NCBI GenBank assembly: GCA_046582655.1
Contig: JAYGDX010000107.1
Coordinates: forward strand, 1-24,713
Direction: 5' to 3'
Source: Candidatus Poribacteria bacterium
GTDB lineage: Bacteria; Poribacteria; WGA-4E; UBA9662
DNA: 24,713 nt
Positions within the stretch are counted from its first letter, which is position 1. Every line of letters starts with the position of its first letter. Below are positions 11,201 to 18,505 of this stretch, in pieces. The translations under genes and the position numbers were made by a program. Below the pieces are notes generated by a model that saw only the letters and a program-made list of their open reading frames with translations, was not told the origin of the DNA and did not search any database.

Positions 11201-12937
11201 ATGTCCCTCCCTCAATATGCTAAGGAATTTTCCCTGGTGGGAACAACAGTCATTTACCAGCCGAAATTCAATTTCCACGGGATAGACGCATTTGATTTAG
11301 TACAGGAAACAGCGGAGGCTGCAACGCAGCCACTGAACATAAAGGTTAAAGTTATGTCAGTAAACGATACTCCAGTTGCTATAGACCAAATAGAACCAGG
11401 TGTGGTTTTTACGGTTGACACTGCTTCTGTAACTCTAAAAGCAACAGATTCAGATTCAAAATTTCTCATTTTTGAAATTGTCGATCCACCTAAACATGGT
11501 GGGTTACGGGGAACCATTTTTGGATTCAAAGATCCTGAAAAGCCGATGGGTGTATTCACCGATCAGAACGGTATTGGTTTAATTCCCGGTCTTGTCTACA
11601 CACCAGATGAGAGTTTTGCAGAGCATGATTCGTTAACTTTCAAAGTCAACGACGGGGAAACAGACAGTAGTATAGCAACCGTCAAACTTGTAAGAACTTA
11701 TAACGTATTTCACCTGTCAATCCCGCCAGGCATCAATTTGGTTCATCTCCCACTCGGAATTCACAGAATAAACGGCCAGGAAAAAAGAGTCAGAACTATT
11801 AGCGATTTGTACAATGCATTGGGCGAAGAAAACCTCAATTTTATCACCACCTATGATCCAGAGGCTAGCACATGGCGCAGCTACCTCGGAGAAAGAAGTC
11901 GAGGAAAAAGTGCTGACCGACAAATCACACAGGATTTGGGGTTAATAACAGTTATGAAACATCCCGTCAATTTGAAAATTGACGGGATCATTCAACAAGT
12001 CAATGGTCGAAGTTATATTGATCTTCGGAAAGGAATTAATCTAGTTGGAGTACCAGTAAAGGACGATAGGATTAAACGTGTTAGTGACCTGCTTCAACTT
12101 GAAGGTCTAAAAGATAACATCCCTTCCATTATTGTTTCACATCAAGGGGACTTCAAAGTAGTAGCACAACAAGAAGATGAAGGTGATCATGAACTCAAAG
12201 GAGGACAGGCATTCATAACGATAGCACAGAACGATGCCAACGTCGATTTTCATGGTATTGCTTGGTCCAACACAGTGGAAGATCTACCACCTGCACCTCA
12301 AGTTAATCTCGCAACCAACTCAACCGGCCAATCACCAGTTCTAGTCATAGATGGTACTCTTACCGGAGATTTATCCAACCTGAATCAAAACGAAATTCGA
12401 GTTACGGTCAAAAATCTGTCTAATGGACTTAAGGTGTCAACAGATGTCTCTAATGGTAACTACAACCTAACACTGATGGATCTGCAAAACCTGAATGCTG
12501 TTCAAGTTGGAGACCTCTTGGAAATCAGCGGCAGTTCCAACTTGAATCGGGTTAGCATGAAACCCATAAATTATATCATCAAGACAGCAGATATACACAA
12601 ACGTCAGATTAGCGTTCTTCCCCTTGTCTTTTACCAAATCCCAACTCGGACCGTACTCCTGCCCAACTATCCGAACCCTTTCAACCCGGAAACCTGGATT
12701 CCTTTCCGGCTGGCCAAGACAGTGGCTGTCTCACTATCAATACACGATATACATGGAAACACCATCTGGCATGTCGGATTGAGCCAGCAGAAAGCAGGTA
12801 TTTATGAATCACAGGACCAGGCAATCTATTGGGATGGCAGGAATAAGTCAGGTGAGTATGCTGCAAGCGGTGTATATTTCTACACGCTTCAGGCAGGAAA
12901 TGTTAGAACAACACAGAAAATGATTCTGATGAAGTAA
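5204..12937 (+). CDS. Giant secreted surface protein/adhesin: signal peptide, YCF48-like beta-propeller, about 19 Ig-like (Big_9/tandem-95/cadherin-like) repeats, ZU5-like module, T9SS-type/FlgD-Ig C-terminal domain
   Basis: TTG start and hydrophobic N-terminus. Six 41-aa GWAVGxxGTILxTxDGGxxW blades, then about 90-aa ND.P.A...ED...GTLSG..P.LTYTP...G.D.F.F.V.DG repeats. The C-terminus reads LLPNYPNPFNPETWIPF...WDGRN..GE..ASGVYFYTL.AG...KM..MK. Confidence 0.9.
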   Translation: MFKHPILILIIVAFPVISFLIPNLVYGQNWELAHQADTQINFQDVAFISTNLGWAVGNNGTILATNDGGTNWLQQASDTVNRLYGVTFVSFTQGWAVGDNGTILTTNNGGANWLQQASGTVNQLYEVTFVSSTQGWAVGNSGTILATNDGGTNWLQQASGTVNRLYGGAFVSATQGWAVGDNGTILTTNDGGASWNLQVSGVSNRFYHITFVSKTHSWAVGLDGIILTTGDGGANWSPQISGTSNGLQAIVYDGDSTLWTVGSNGRIYRYFDRSFLPPVASDNAITVVEDSTNNTATLPVTDVNNDSLSYTIISGPAKGTLSGTAPNLLYTPNPDFPRTNANGSDTFTFKASDGISDSNTATTTITVTFVNDPPVADNQSVTVAEDSSNNEITLTATDAENDDFTYSLVSQPAHGTLSGTVPNLTYTPNANYFGADTFQFKVNDGTTESGLATVTITINSINDDPVATSLTVSVRINTSVAILLSATDSETDNLTLQVTSQPSNGSLLGSPPIQTLTYTPNTDYSGTDSFTFKANDGSSDSNIAIVSIKVNIPPVATGVTAETQEDKAVSVTLAATDSDNDSITFSLVTYPKNGTTSISSSNLTYTPKTNYNGKETFSFLAKDATAISNTATISIDVIAVNDTPVANSQSITISEDTTASINLTATDIDGDKLSYSIISNPDKGTLTGKLPKLTYTPNTNFTGSDTFTFVSRDTVSVSQSATVNITVEEINDVPMANNLSIAALEDTAKSITLTAADPDNSSITYALVTLPANGTLSGTSPDLTYTPDPDFDGSDTFTFVAKDTDSVSQSATVNITMEKVNDVPMANNLSITTLKNTNLSITLTGTDVDNNTLTYTLTSTPSNGTLTGNAPNLTYTPNSDFDGSDTFKFIASDGTLVSQIATVNITVNTTPGSNQAPVAEDLAVTTEEDTQVSILLRASDANNNSLTYTIVSTPTNGASAGTAPSLTYTPNSNYNGIDSLAFKVNDGTVDSNTATVTITVTPVNDLPVANAQDVTTSEDTSKPITLTADDIENEALTYVIISSPGNGTLSGAPPDLTYMAIPDFNGSDSFSFIVDDGKGLSSEVTVNITIDPVNDPPVPNGQSLTTSEDTVTPITLTANDLDGDRLTYTVTSNPNKGTLSGTASNLAYTPNPHVNGNDTFLFIVSDGTVISDEKTVSIQIGTANDSPTADKQTLTIFEDEATSITLTGGDTDNDTLAYIVTVDPTHGTLSGTAPSLTYTPHPHFHGNDTFSFVVNDSISNSEVTSIELKITSINDAPISHSQSVTILTKDEISIILTGDDFDNDSLTYVILSQPTKGILSGSPPNLTYIPNQDLSGTDTFTFNTYDGLLSSNTATINITLRTVTQNFPPVAKADTEITVTEDKQAIIQLLVTDVNYNFLIYTIISQPQNGTLSGTPPILTYKPNENYSGTDSLIFKANDGELDSNTATIDITVIPVNDQPIIPPDATLTLQVVEDSISTPIRLAAVDHDGDELNYHIVSYPINGTLSGKAPELTYTPHPNFSENDAFSFKVDDGTVNSEAATISITVTPVNDTPSASDIAEVFAQKSIANPIWLIVDDVDDDRLTYEIVSYPQNGVLSTLSNNLAKYTPNPDFVGHDTFTFKANDGQDNSNLGTVSITVSKVLETVIDLRQPNHPPITVPVPDGDVSIQIPEMPDQGKVSVSVKIAEVEELPLQFQGRVKGTVLEIELNAETGERVETTFTKPMIIQIPINLTAPDPPNTIALATKTGDQIITELIPTMIVGSRPNQFLRGEIKHLSYVFAVSNEAPTVAGQHISVNEDAKANEIILEGKDADGDSLTYIIVDQPILGTLSGSGENWTYTPQSNIFGSDKFTVQVNDGASGSGLATVTIDIHPINDKPIAHSQQIGMNQVAAVPITLTGKDIDADPLTYTVMSPPAKGKLSGSGRNHIYTPNRDFDGIDSFTFQVSDGKSSSEAATVSITAGAITLLTDGYQYHVSILEDSSVTIRLPNQTDKESTYKIMSLPQYAKEFSLVGTTVIYQPKFNFHGIDAFDLVQETAEAATQPLNIKVKVMSVNDTPVAIDQIEPGVVFTVDTASVTLKATDSDSKFLIFEIVDPPKHGGLRGTIFGFKDPEKPMGVFTDQNGIGLIPGLVYTPDESFAEHDSLTFKVNDGETDSSIATVKLVRTYNVFHLSIPPGINLVHLPLGIHRINGQEKRVRTISDLYNALGEENLNFITTYDPEASTWRSYLGERSRGKSADRQITQDLGLITVMKHPVNLKIDGIIQQVNGRSYIDLRKGINLVGVPVKDDRIKRVSDLLQLEGLKDNIPSIIVSHQGDFKVVAQQEDEGDHELKGGQAFITIAQNDANVDFHGIAWSNTVEDLPPAPQVNLATNSTGQSPVLVIDGTLTGDLSNLNQNEIRVTVKNLSNGLKVSTDVSNGNYNLTLMDLQNLNAVQVGDLLEISGSSNLNRVSMKPINYIIKTADIHKRQISVLPLVFYQIPTRTVLLPNYPNPFNPETWIPFRLAKTVAVSLSIHDIHGNTIWHVGLSQQKAGIYESQDQAIYWDGRNKSGEYAASGVYFYTLQAGNVRTTQKMILMK
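5330..6010 (+). repeat. Intragenic 123-bp tandem repeat (six YCF48/BNR-like propeller blades)
   Basis: The Trp codon of WAV/WTV recurs at 5363, 5486, 5609, 5732, 5855 and 5978, an exact 123-nt period. The first blades are highly similar at DNA level (e.g. AACTGGTTACAGCA three times). Confidence 0.85.
6030..11690 (+). repeat. Intragenic ~270-bp Ig-like domain repeats (about 15 + 4, interrupted at ~10130-10550)
   Basis: Recurrent N-D-x-P-V-A, LTYTP and D-x-F-x-F-x-x-x-DG motifs. An exact 32-bp duplicate occurs at 7394-7425 and 7664-7695. Confidence 0.85.
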
Positions 12938-12951
12938 AACCAACAATTTGA

Positions 12952-14943
12952 TCACAGCATCTGCGAGATTCTTACCGTTGGTTGGAGGCGATATCCCTTT
13001 TGCAGCGGTTTAGCCAGTTCAAAACGAATAACACCTGATTTCTCCTGATCAGCGGGCAAAAATAGTGAGACGCCCAAACCGATAGAAGTAGCCAACTGGT
13101 TGATCCCCAGATACTGATCGCTATACCAAGCCTGACCAGCGTCAAAAAAAAACCCAGCTTCTATCGACTTGTTGGTACCATACTTTTGGTTGAATTCTAT
13201 GTTGAACAGCACCTTATTTTCCCCCTCAAACGTTTTAAACCCGTAACCGCGGATTGTGTTTAGCCCTCCAAGATAGAAGAGTTTCTGGCGCGGCAACCCC
13301 TTTGGGGAAAAACCGGTCTGCAGACGGAACTTGAGATTCCGCCGATTGGACAAAGGCCGGTAGTGAACCACCTCCAGATGGAAGAGGGTAAAGCGCAGTT
13401 CACTACCAAAACCAGCTTGTTCAATTGAAAAATGCCCCAACCATCCCTCTGACGTCAGATAGTGAGGAACGGCTGTTGACTGAAAGAACCGGGTGCGCGA
13501 AGATTTATAATCCCGACTGTCAAAATGATAGGATAATGCAATTGACTGCAGTTGACCGGCATCGATGCGTCGATTGCTGGGTTTGGGATGAACAACACCC
13601 CATACGCTAGGTTCATTATCATCCTTATTGCTATCATAAAAGAGATTAAGCCAATTGAATCCATCATCAGAAAACAAACTATTCCAATTACAGTTGTACC
13701 GGTTAAAAACACTCCAATCGGTCCATTTGAAAAGGCTCCGATGGTTTTCTGAAGTAAAGATTACTTTAAGTGTATTGGAAGGTGTCAATTTTTGCTTAAG
13801 CCATGCCTGAAATCCTTGACGTTGAAAATAGTCAAGTAGTGCGGATCCAAAGACAGCAGAACTCACCAAGCCCTCCTCCGCCGATAAGCCTCCGTAGTTG
13901 AGTTCATCAGTAATTTTATAGATAGTTGTACCCACCGTCAGGGTATAGCGATTAAACCACCATTTTTCACTCCCAAGTTGATAATGTAACCTTCGACTGG
14001 CAAAACCATAGCCAATTGAAGCGAAAGAACGGAGTGTTTCATTTTTTTCCGGTTTAACTTCAACTTTGCCGCCAACATGCAGGCCGTGAACACGGTTATA
14101 TTCGGCAATCAGCCTGGGACTAAAGCCAAGATCTATCGGTTTTCGCTCTATAGGCTCTTGTTCCCCAGTATCTGCACCAATTTCTTCCGGATCGGGTTTA
14201 TTGCCATTGCCCAGGACTTCAATTTGACCGGTTGACTCTAGGCGGATCAGGTGTTCTCCGTCATTGATGACGAAATGTTTTGGTTCGATATTGTCATCAT
14301 CAAAGATCTCCAAAATGGCGGCAAAACCTTCAGGAAAATCCAGACGGATACCTCCACCAAACGCTTTCATGTCGATTGCCGCAGGCTGCGTATCCAAAAT
14401 TGTGAGGTTAATCTGTCCGTTGTCGGTTCGAAATTTGTTCTGAGCACTGGTTAAGTATATCTGAGCGTCAATGTTCCCTTTCCCTACATGGACGGAATGC
14501 TGCCCGGTCGTCTCATCAAGCCGAATATGTCCGGTTTGGGTATGGAGATCCAACTGTCCTCGAGTACCATAGACTTGAATATCGCCTGATACCATACGAA
14601 CAGCAATCGACAGATCCATAGGCGTTTCAAATTTGCAATCCAGCGACTGACCAACCACATGTTTCGACCATAACATTGGTTTAACCGTCAGGGTATCTCC
14701 ATTTTTCATCGTCTCCAATGTGACAGATTCCGGATAGGTGGCAACGATGTTGTCTCTATCAGTTGCGATGATATCGACATTGCCTACTAATTGTAAGATA
14801 ACCTCCATCTGATAAATGTCATCGAAATTAATTTCCTGCGTCTGCATCGGCGTTTGAGCACAGATAGAACTTATAAAAATTTGGAGTATCCCAAAAATCA
14901 CCAATATTGACAGATGCATAGGAGATCCGGTTTTAGACTTCAA
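12952..14943 (-). CDS. Omp85 (BamA/TamA)-superfamily outer-membrane beta-barrel protein with N-terminal DUF4097-like beta-repeat domain
   Basis: Signal peptide (alternative ATG at 14919). N-terminal repeats (SGDIQV, TGHIRL, KGNIDA, NGQINL, GGGIRL), a YNRVHGL barrel start, the Omp85 loop-6 motif FYLGGLNTIRGY, and FFDAG and IGLGV strands. Confidence 0.75.
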   Translation of the reverse strand: MKSKTGSPMHLSILVIFGILQIFISSICAQTPMQTQEINFDDIYQMEVILQLVGNVDIIATDRDNIVATYPESVTLETMKNGDTLTVKPMLWSKHVVGQSLDCKFETPMDLSIAVRMVSGDIQVYGTRGQLDLHTQTGHIRLDETTGQHSVHVGKGNIDAQIYLTSAQNKFRTDNGQINLTILDTQPAAIDMKAFGGGIRLDFPEGFAAILEIFDDDNIEPKHFVINDGEHLIRLESTGQIEVLGNGNKPDPEEIGADTGEQEPIERKPIDLGFSPRLIAEYNRVHGLHVGGKVEVKPEKNETLRSFASIGYGFASRRLHYQLGSEKWWFNRYTLTVGTTIYKITDELNYGGLSAEEGLVSSAVFGSALLDYFQRQGFQAWLKQKLTPSNTLKVIFTSENHRSLFKWTDWSVFNRYNCNWNSLFSDDGFNWLNLFYDSNKDDNEPSVWGVVHPKPSNRRIDAGQLQSIALSYHFDSRDYKSSRTRFFQSTAVPHYLTSEGWLGHFSIEQAGFGSELRFTLFHLEVVHYRPLSNRRNLKFRLQTGFSPKGLPRQKLFYLGGLNTIRGYGFKTFEGENKVLFNIEFNQKYGTNKSIEAGFFFDAGQAWYSDQYLGINQLATSIGLGVSLFLPADQEKSGVIRFELAKPLQKGYRLQPTVRISQML

Positions 14944-15091
14944 AACACCATTTTAAAGCAGGTTAGGTTGCATATGGAATTTATTTAGTCAAGACATCAA
15001 ACGGAAACTGAGGCAGGAAAATCTAATTGAATAAATATAGATGGAAACACGTCATACATATTATATTTTGAGGTCCAGTACACTTAAGAGG

Positions 15092-15627
15092 TTATCGCAG
15101 CATTCTTCGATATTTAATCCGCTGTTAATCAGTTAAAATTCCAAGCACTTCAAGTATGGCTTCATTGACAATGGCTTCAATAGCGGACCAATTCAGCGAG
15201 GTTCAACGCATCTCAATCCTTAAATCGATCTCTTTCATACCTACCTCGGCTTTTCAATCATGTCACGTTTAAAATTTAAACGAATCTCCTCAAGTTTGGC
15301 CCATTGTTGGTCCGTTAAATCCTTGAACCTCAAATCAAAAAACCTGTTAATCGGATCTTGCTTATGTGACTGACGCCTCCTTTGTCGGGCTTGATTCACC
15401 CTTTGCTGACGTGACGGTTCTATTTTTCCAGCCTCAGTTTCACTCTGACACGTCGTCCTGCGTTGCACTTGTAGGTTGCTCTTATTGGCAGCCGATTGCT
15501 TTTGTCGTACTTCCGGTTTCTGTTGTTTTCTCTTGTTCAACGGTTTCTCGTCAGCTAAAACAGTATATGATAATAGGACTATTATGAGTCCCGTTATAAG
15601 GATTGCGCATGTTTTTTCGGTTTTCAC
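15092..15627 (-). pseudogene. Degraded Spy/CpxP (LTXXQ)-like periplasmic protein gene
   Basis: GTG start with AGGGGGA SD, signal peptide and LTDQQ motif. After a frameshift near 15250 another frame reads AEVGMKEIDLRIEMR*TSLNWSAIEAIVNEAILEVLGILTD*QRIKYRRMLR*, with internal stops at 15203-15205 and 15125-15127. Confidence 0.75.
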
Positions 15628-15777
15628 TGTTTGTCCCCCTGAAAAATGTTTGCAGTTATTAACAATAGACGTAGATCAAATTAACGGGTTTACTCAGCCA
15701 CAATGTTGATTCCCATTGAAAGATACAAAACTCAGTTATATTCAAGCCAATCGTCAATTTTGTGAAGGCTGTTAACA

Positions 15778-15806
15778 TTGACACCGGACATAGCCGATGA
15801 TATATT
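15778..15806 (+). promoter_or_regulatory. Sigma70-type promoter for the REC/HD-GYP gene
   Basis: TTGACA (15778-15783), a 17-nt spacer, then TATATT (15801-15806), with an extended -10 TG at 15798-15799. Confidence 0.7.
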
Positions 15807-15929
15807 TGGGAAATAATCTGGATTCAATTCCGATTACAATCTGATTCACATTTTTCTTGTTGATTCCAAGTTTTTATAAATTTTCCACACTTCACTATTC
15901 ATTATTTAAAATATATCAGGGGTTTTGCG

Positions 15930-17360
15930 ATGAACCAGATGAAACAATCTATTTTGTGTGTTGATAGTGACGAAGAAATTTTAGTAGACCTTAAACAACA
16001 TTTGGAAATGGTTGGGTACCATGTTTTTACCAGTAACGATGGGGAACAGGGCCTTGAAATTATCAAAAAGGAACGACCGAACGTCATTATCTCTGAACAA
16101 CAGATTTCGTCGACGTCAGGAAGGATGTTTCTGCGAGAAACCCGAAACATCCTGCCGGATGCCATGCGTATCCTCTTGACGACGCAAACTGATCTTGATG
16201 AGATCACAGATGCAATCAATATCGGATCAATTCACAAATTCATCCTTAAACCCTGGCAATCAGATACGCTTCTGGAAATGATCCAAGAGGGGCTACAACA
16301 ACAGAAACTTGGTATCGAGAACCGAAAATTAACCCTTCGGCTTGCCCGACAATACAAGTATCTGAAAGAGACAAACGCTTCGTTGCAAGACGAATTAAAG
16401 CAAACAAAGGGTGAACTAGACAATTTGATTGAAGAGATGGACAAGGCAAATGAACAAGATGAGATATTCGATGACGAAGAAGCGACAGAAACTCAACTTC
16501 TCGAAAAGGCAAAACTGAGGGTTAAACAATTGTATGATGAGGTCCAAAACCTACGCCAAGCAAGGGATGAATACAGCGAAACTTTTGCTACCTTAAACAA
16601 TATCATGGAAGTGACTAATCCGGTTGTGTATACTCATTCAAACCGTGTGGGGGCCTACTGTTCCTGGTTAGCAGAAGCCTTAGAACTTGAGAAACAGACT
16701 ATTACAGATCTCAACTACGCCGCTATTCTACACGACATTGGCAAGTTGGAAATTGACCAGGAGATCCTTGGAAAGCCGAGAGAAGACTTATCTGCAGCTG
16801 AAAATATCATCTACAGGCAACACCCGTTTTTTGGGCGAAAACTTATCCGTCGCATCGCCGGTTTTAGGGAATACGGTGACATTATTCAAAGCCACCACGA
16901 AAATTATGACGGTAGCGGTTATCCGAATGGAACATTAAAGGATGGTAACGGGGTGGGTGATGATATCCCGCTTGGATCTCGTATTATTGCTATTGCAAGT
17001 GGTTACGATAATATGCTCTATTCGGAAGTTCATGGAGAGAACTTATCTCCTGAGGGCGCAATTGAAGCACTGAAAGAAGGAAAAGCTTACACCTACGATG
17101 CTGAATTAGTTGATAAATTCATAGAAGTTATGGAAGATGGAGAAACAAAGGAAAAGATAGAACAACTACACAAGCCAACGAGATTTGCCCGCATTGAGGA
17201 AATTAAAAGCGGGATGGTAGTCGCTAGAGACGTCTCCACTATCAGAAACGGATTCCTGATGAGCGCCGGCACTGCAATTGAGCGGAAACATCTACAGAGC
17301 CTGAAAGACTACGAGAAAAAAGGAGATCCGCCAGTAGATATTTGTGTTTACATAGGTTAG
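15930..17360 (+). CDS. Response regulator: atypical receiver, coiled coil and HD-GYP phosphodiesterase-like domain
   Basis: REC fold motifs (ILCVD, VIISE, ILLT, FILKPW) and a long heptad region. HD-GYP motifs HSNRV, LHDIGK and HHENYDGSGYP. C-terminal IKSGMVVARD motif. Confidence 0.88.
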   Translation: MNQMKQSILCVDSDEEILVDLKQHLEMVGYHVFTSNDGEQGLEIIKKERPNVIISEQQISSTSGRMFLRETRNILPDAMRILLTTQTDLDEITDAINIGSIHKFILKPWQSDTLLEMIQEGLQQQKLGIENRKLTLRLARQYKYLKETNASLQDELKQTKGELDNLIEEMDKANEQDEIFDDEEATETQLLEKAKLRVKQLYDEVQNLRQARDEYSETFATLNNIMEVTNPVVYTHSNRVGAYCSWLAEALELEKQTITDLNYAAILHDIGKLEIDQEILGKPREDLSAAENIIYRQHPFFGRKLIRRIAGFREYGDIIQSHHENYDGSGYPNGTLKDGNGVGDDIPLGSRIIAIASGYDNMLYSEVHGENLSPEGAIEALKEGKAYTYDAELVDKFIEVMEDGETKEKIEQLHKPTRFARIEEIKSGMVVARDVSTIRNGFLMSAGTAIERKHLQSLKDYEKKGDPPVDICVYIG

Positions 17361-17386
17361 CATAAATGGTGCTCTAGGTAACTAGG

Positions 17387-18400
17387 ATGTCAATTCACCA
17401 TAGTATTATAGAACTTGAGTTAACCCATCCATTTAAAATCTCAAGACGCGCTACTGATTTCTTTCGTCAGGCAATCACCGTTGAAATCGATGGTGGAATC
17501 GGCGCCGCTTCTCCAACCCGTTTCTATGGTGAAACGATTGAAACTGTTCAACACGCATTTGATAGTTTCACTCCGATTATTGATCAAGCTGAAGACTTGG
17601 ATGCCATCCAATCGATTATGTCTGAGGTTGATGAGACACTGAGCGGAAATTATGCGGCTAAATCCGCTATTGATCTCGCCCTTCACGACCGACTAGCAAA
17701 AAGACTTGGTATTCCGCTCTTCAAACTGTGGGGAGTTGATCCTAACCAAGCGCTTGACACGTCTTTTACCATTGGACTTGATGAACCGGAAATTATGCAG
17801 CAAAAGGTTATCCAAGCCTCGGACTTTCCTATACTCAAAGTTAAGCTTGGTACAGACCGCGATCTGGAGATTATTGGCGCAATTCGGGAAGTAACCGACA
17901 AACCAATATATGTTGATGCCAATACTGCCTGGTCTCCCAAGGAAGCGGTATCTAAAATTCGTCAACTCGAACCCTTCAAAATCGCTTTGATTGAACAACC
18001 CACCAAAGCTGAGGATCTATTAGGCCTGAAATTCATCCGTGAACACTCAAACCTGCCAATATTCGCCGATGAGAGTGTCAATCGATCAAATGGAATCCCT
18101 CGACTGGCAGGTGTTGTCGACGGGATCAATATTAAATTATCAAAATGCGGCGGACTGCTGGAAGCAATTCGAATGATACATGTAGCGCGCAGCCATAATC
18201 TCCAAATCATGATTGGCTGCATGATCGAGAGTTCAATTTCAATTACCGCTGCGGCTCACCTGACGCCATTAGTTGATTATGCGGATCTGGATGGGCACCT
18301 TCTGGTCTCAAATGATCCCTACAACGGTGTAACTCTGGATCAAGGAAAATTGGTCTTGCCTGACCAACCGGGTATAGGTGTTATGAAGCGACACGACTAA
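17387..18400 (+). CDS. Dipeptide epimerase (L-Ala-D/L-Glu epimerase-like, enolase superfamily MLE subgroup)
   Basis: PFKISR, KVKLG (KxK), metal ligands in YVDAN, IEQP and ADES, NIKLSK, GCMIES and DLD motifs. Confidence 0.9.
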   Translation: MSIHHSIIELELTHPFKISRRATDFFRQAITVEIDGGIGAASPTRFYGETIETVQHAFDSFTPIIDQAEDLDAIQSIMSEVDETLSGNYAAKSAIDLALHDRLAKRLGIPLFKLWGVDPNQALDTSFTIGLDEPEIMQQKVIQASDFPILKVKLGTDRDLEIIGAIREVTDKPIYVDANTAWSPKEAVSKIRQLEPFKIALIEQPTKAEDLLGLKFIREHSNLPIFADESVNRSNGIPRLAGVVDGINIKLSKCGGLLEAIRMIHVARSHNLQIMIGCMIESSISITAAAHLTPLVDYADLDGHLLVSNDPYNGVTLDQGKLVLPDQPGIGVMKRHD

Positions 18401-18431
18401 GATTTCGGTGCTATGAATTCCTCATATTTTA

Positions 18432-18440
18432 TGCTATAAT
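18432..18440 (+). promoter_or_regulatory. Extended -10 promoter element upstream of pckA
   Basis: TGcTATAAT is a perfect extended -10 about 65 nt upstream of the ATG. An AGGAG SD lies at 18495-18499. Confidence 0.6.
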
Positions 18441-18505
18441 AGCGGTTTGTCCAAATTATCCACTGGATTACCAAGAATATTGGATAAAACTACCAGGAGT
18501 ATTAG

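Noticed and set aside
18456..18487. DnaA-box-like TTATCCACT and short inverted repeat before pckA
   Set aside because: A single imperfect match in AT-rich DNA, with no origin context.
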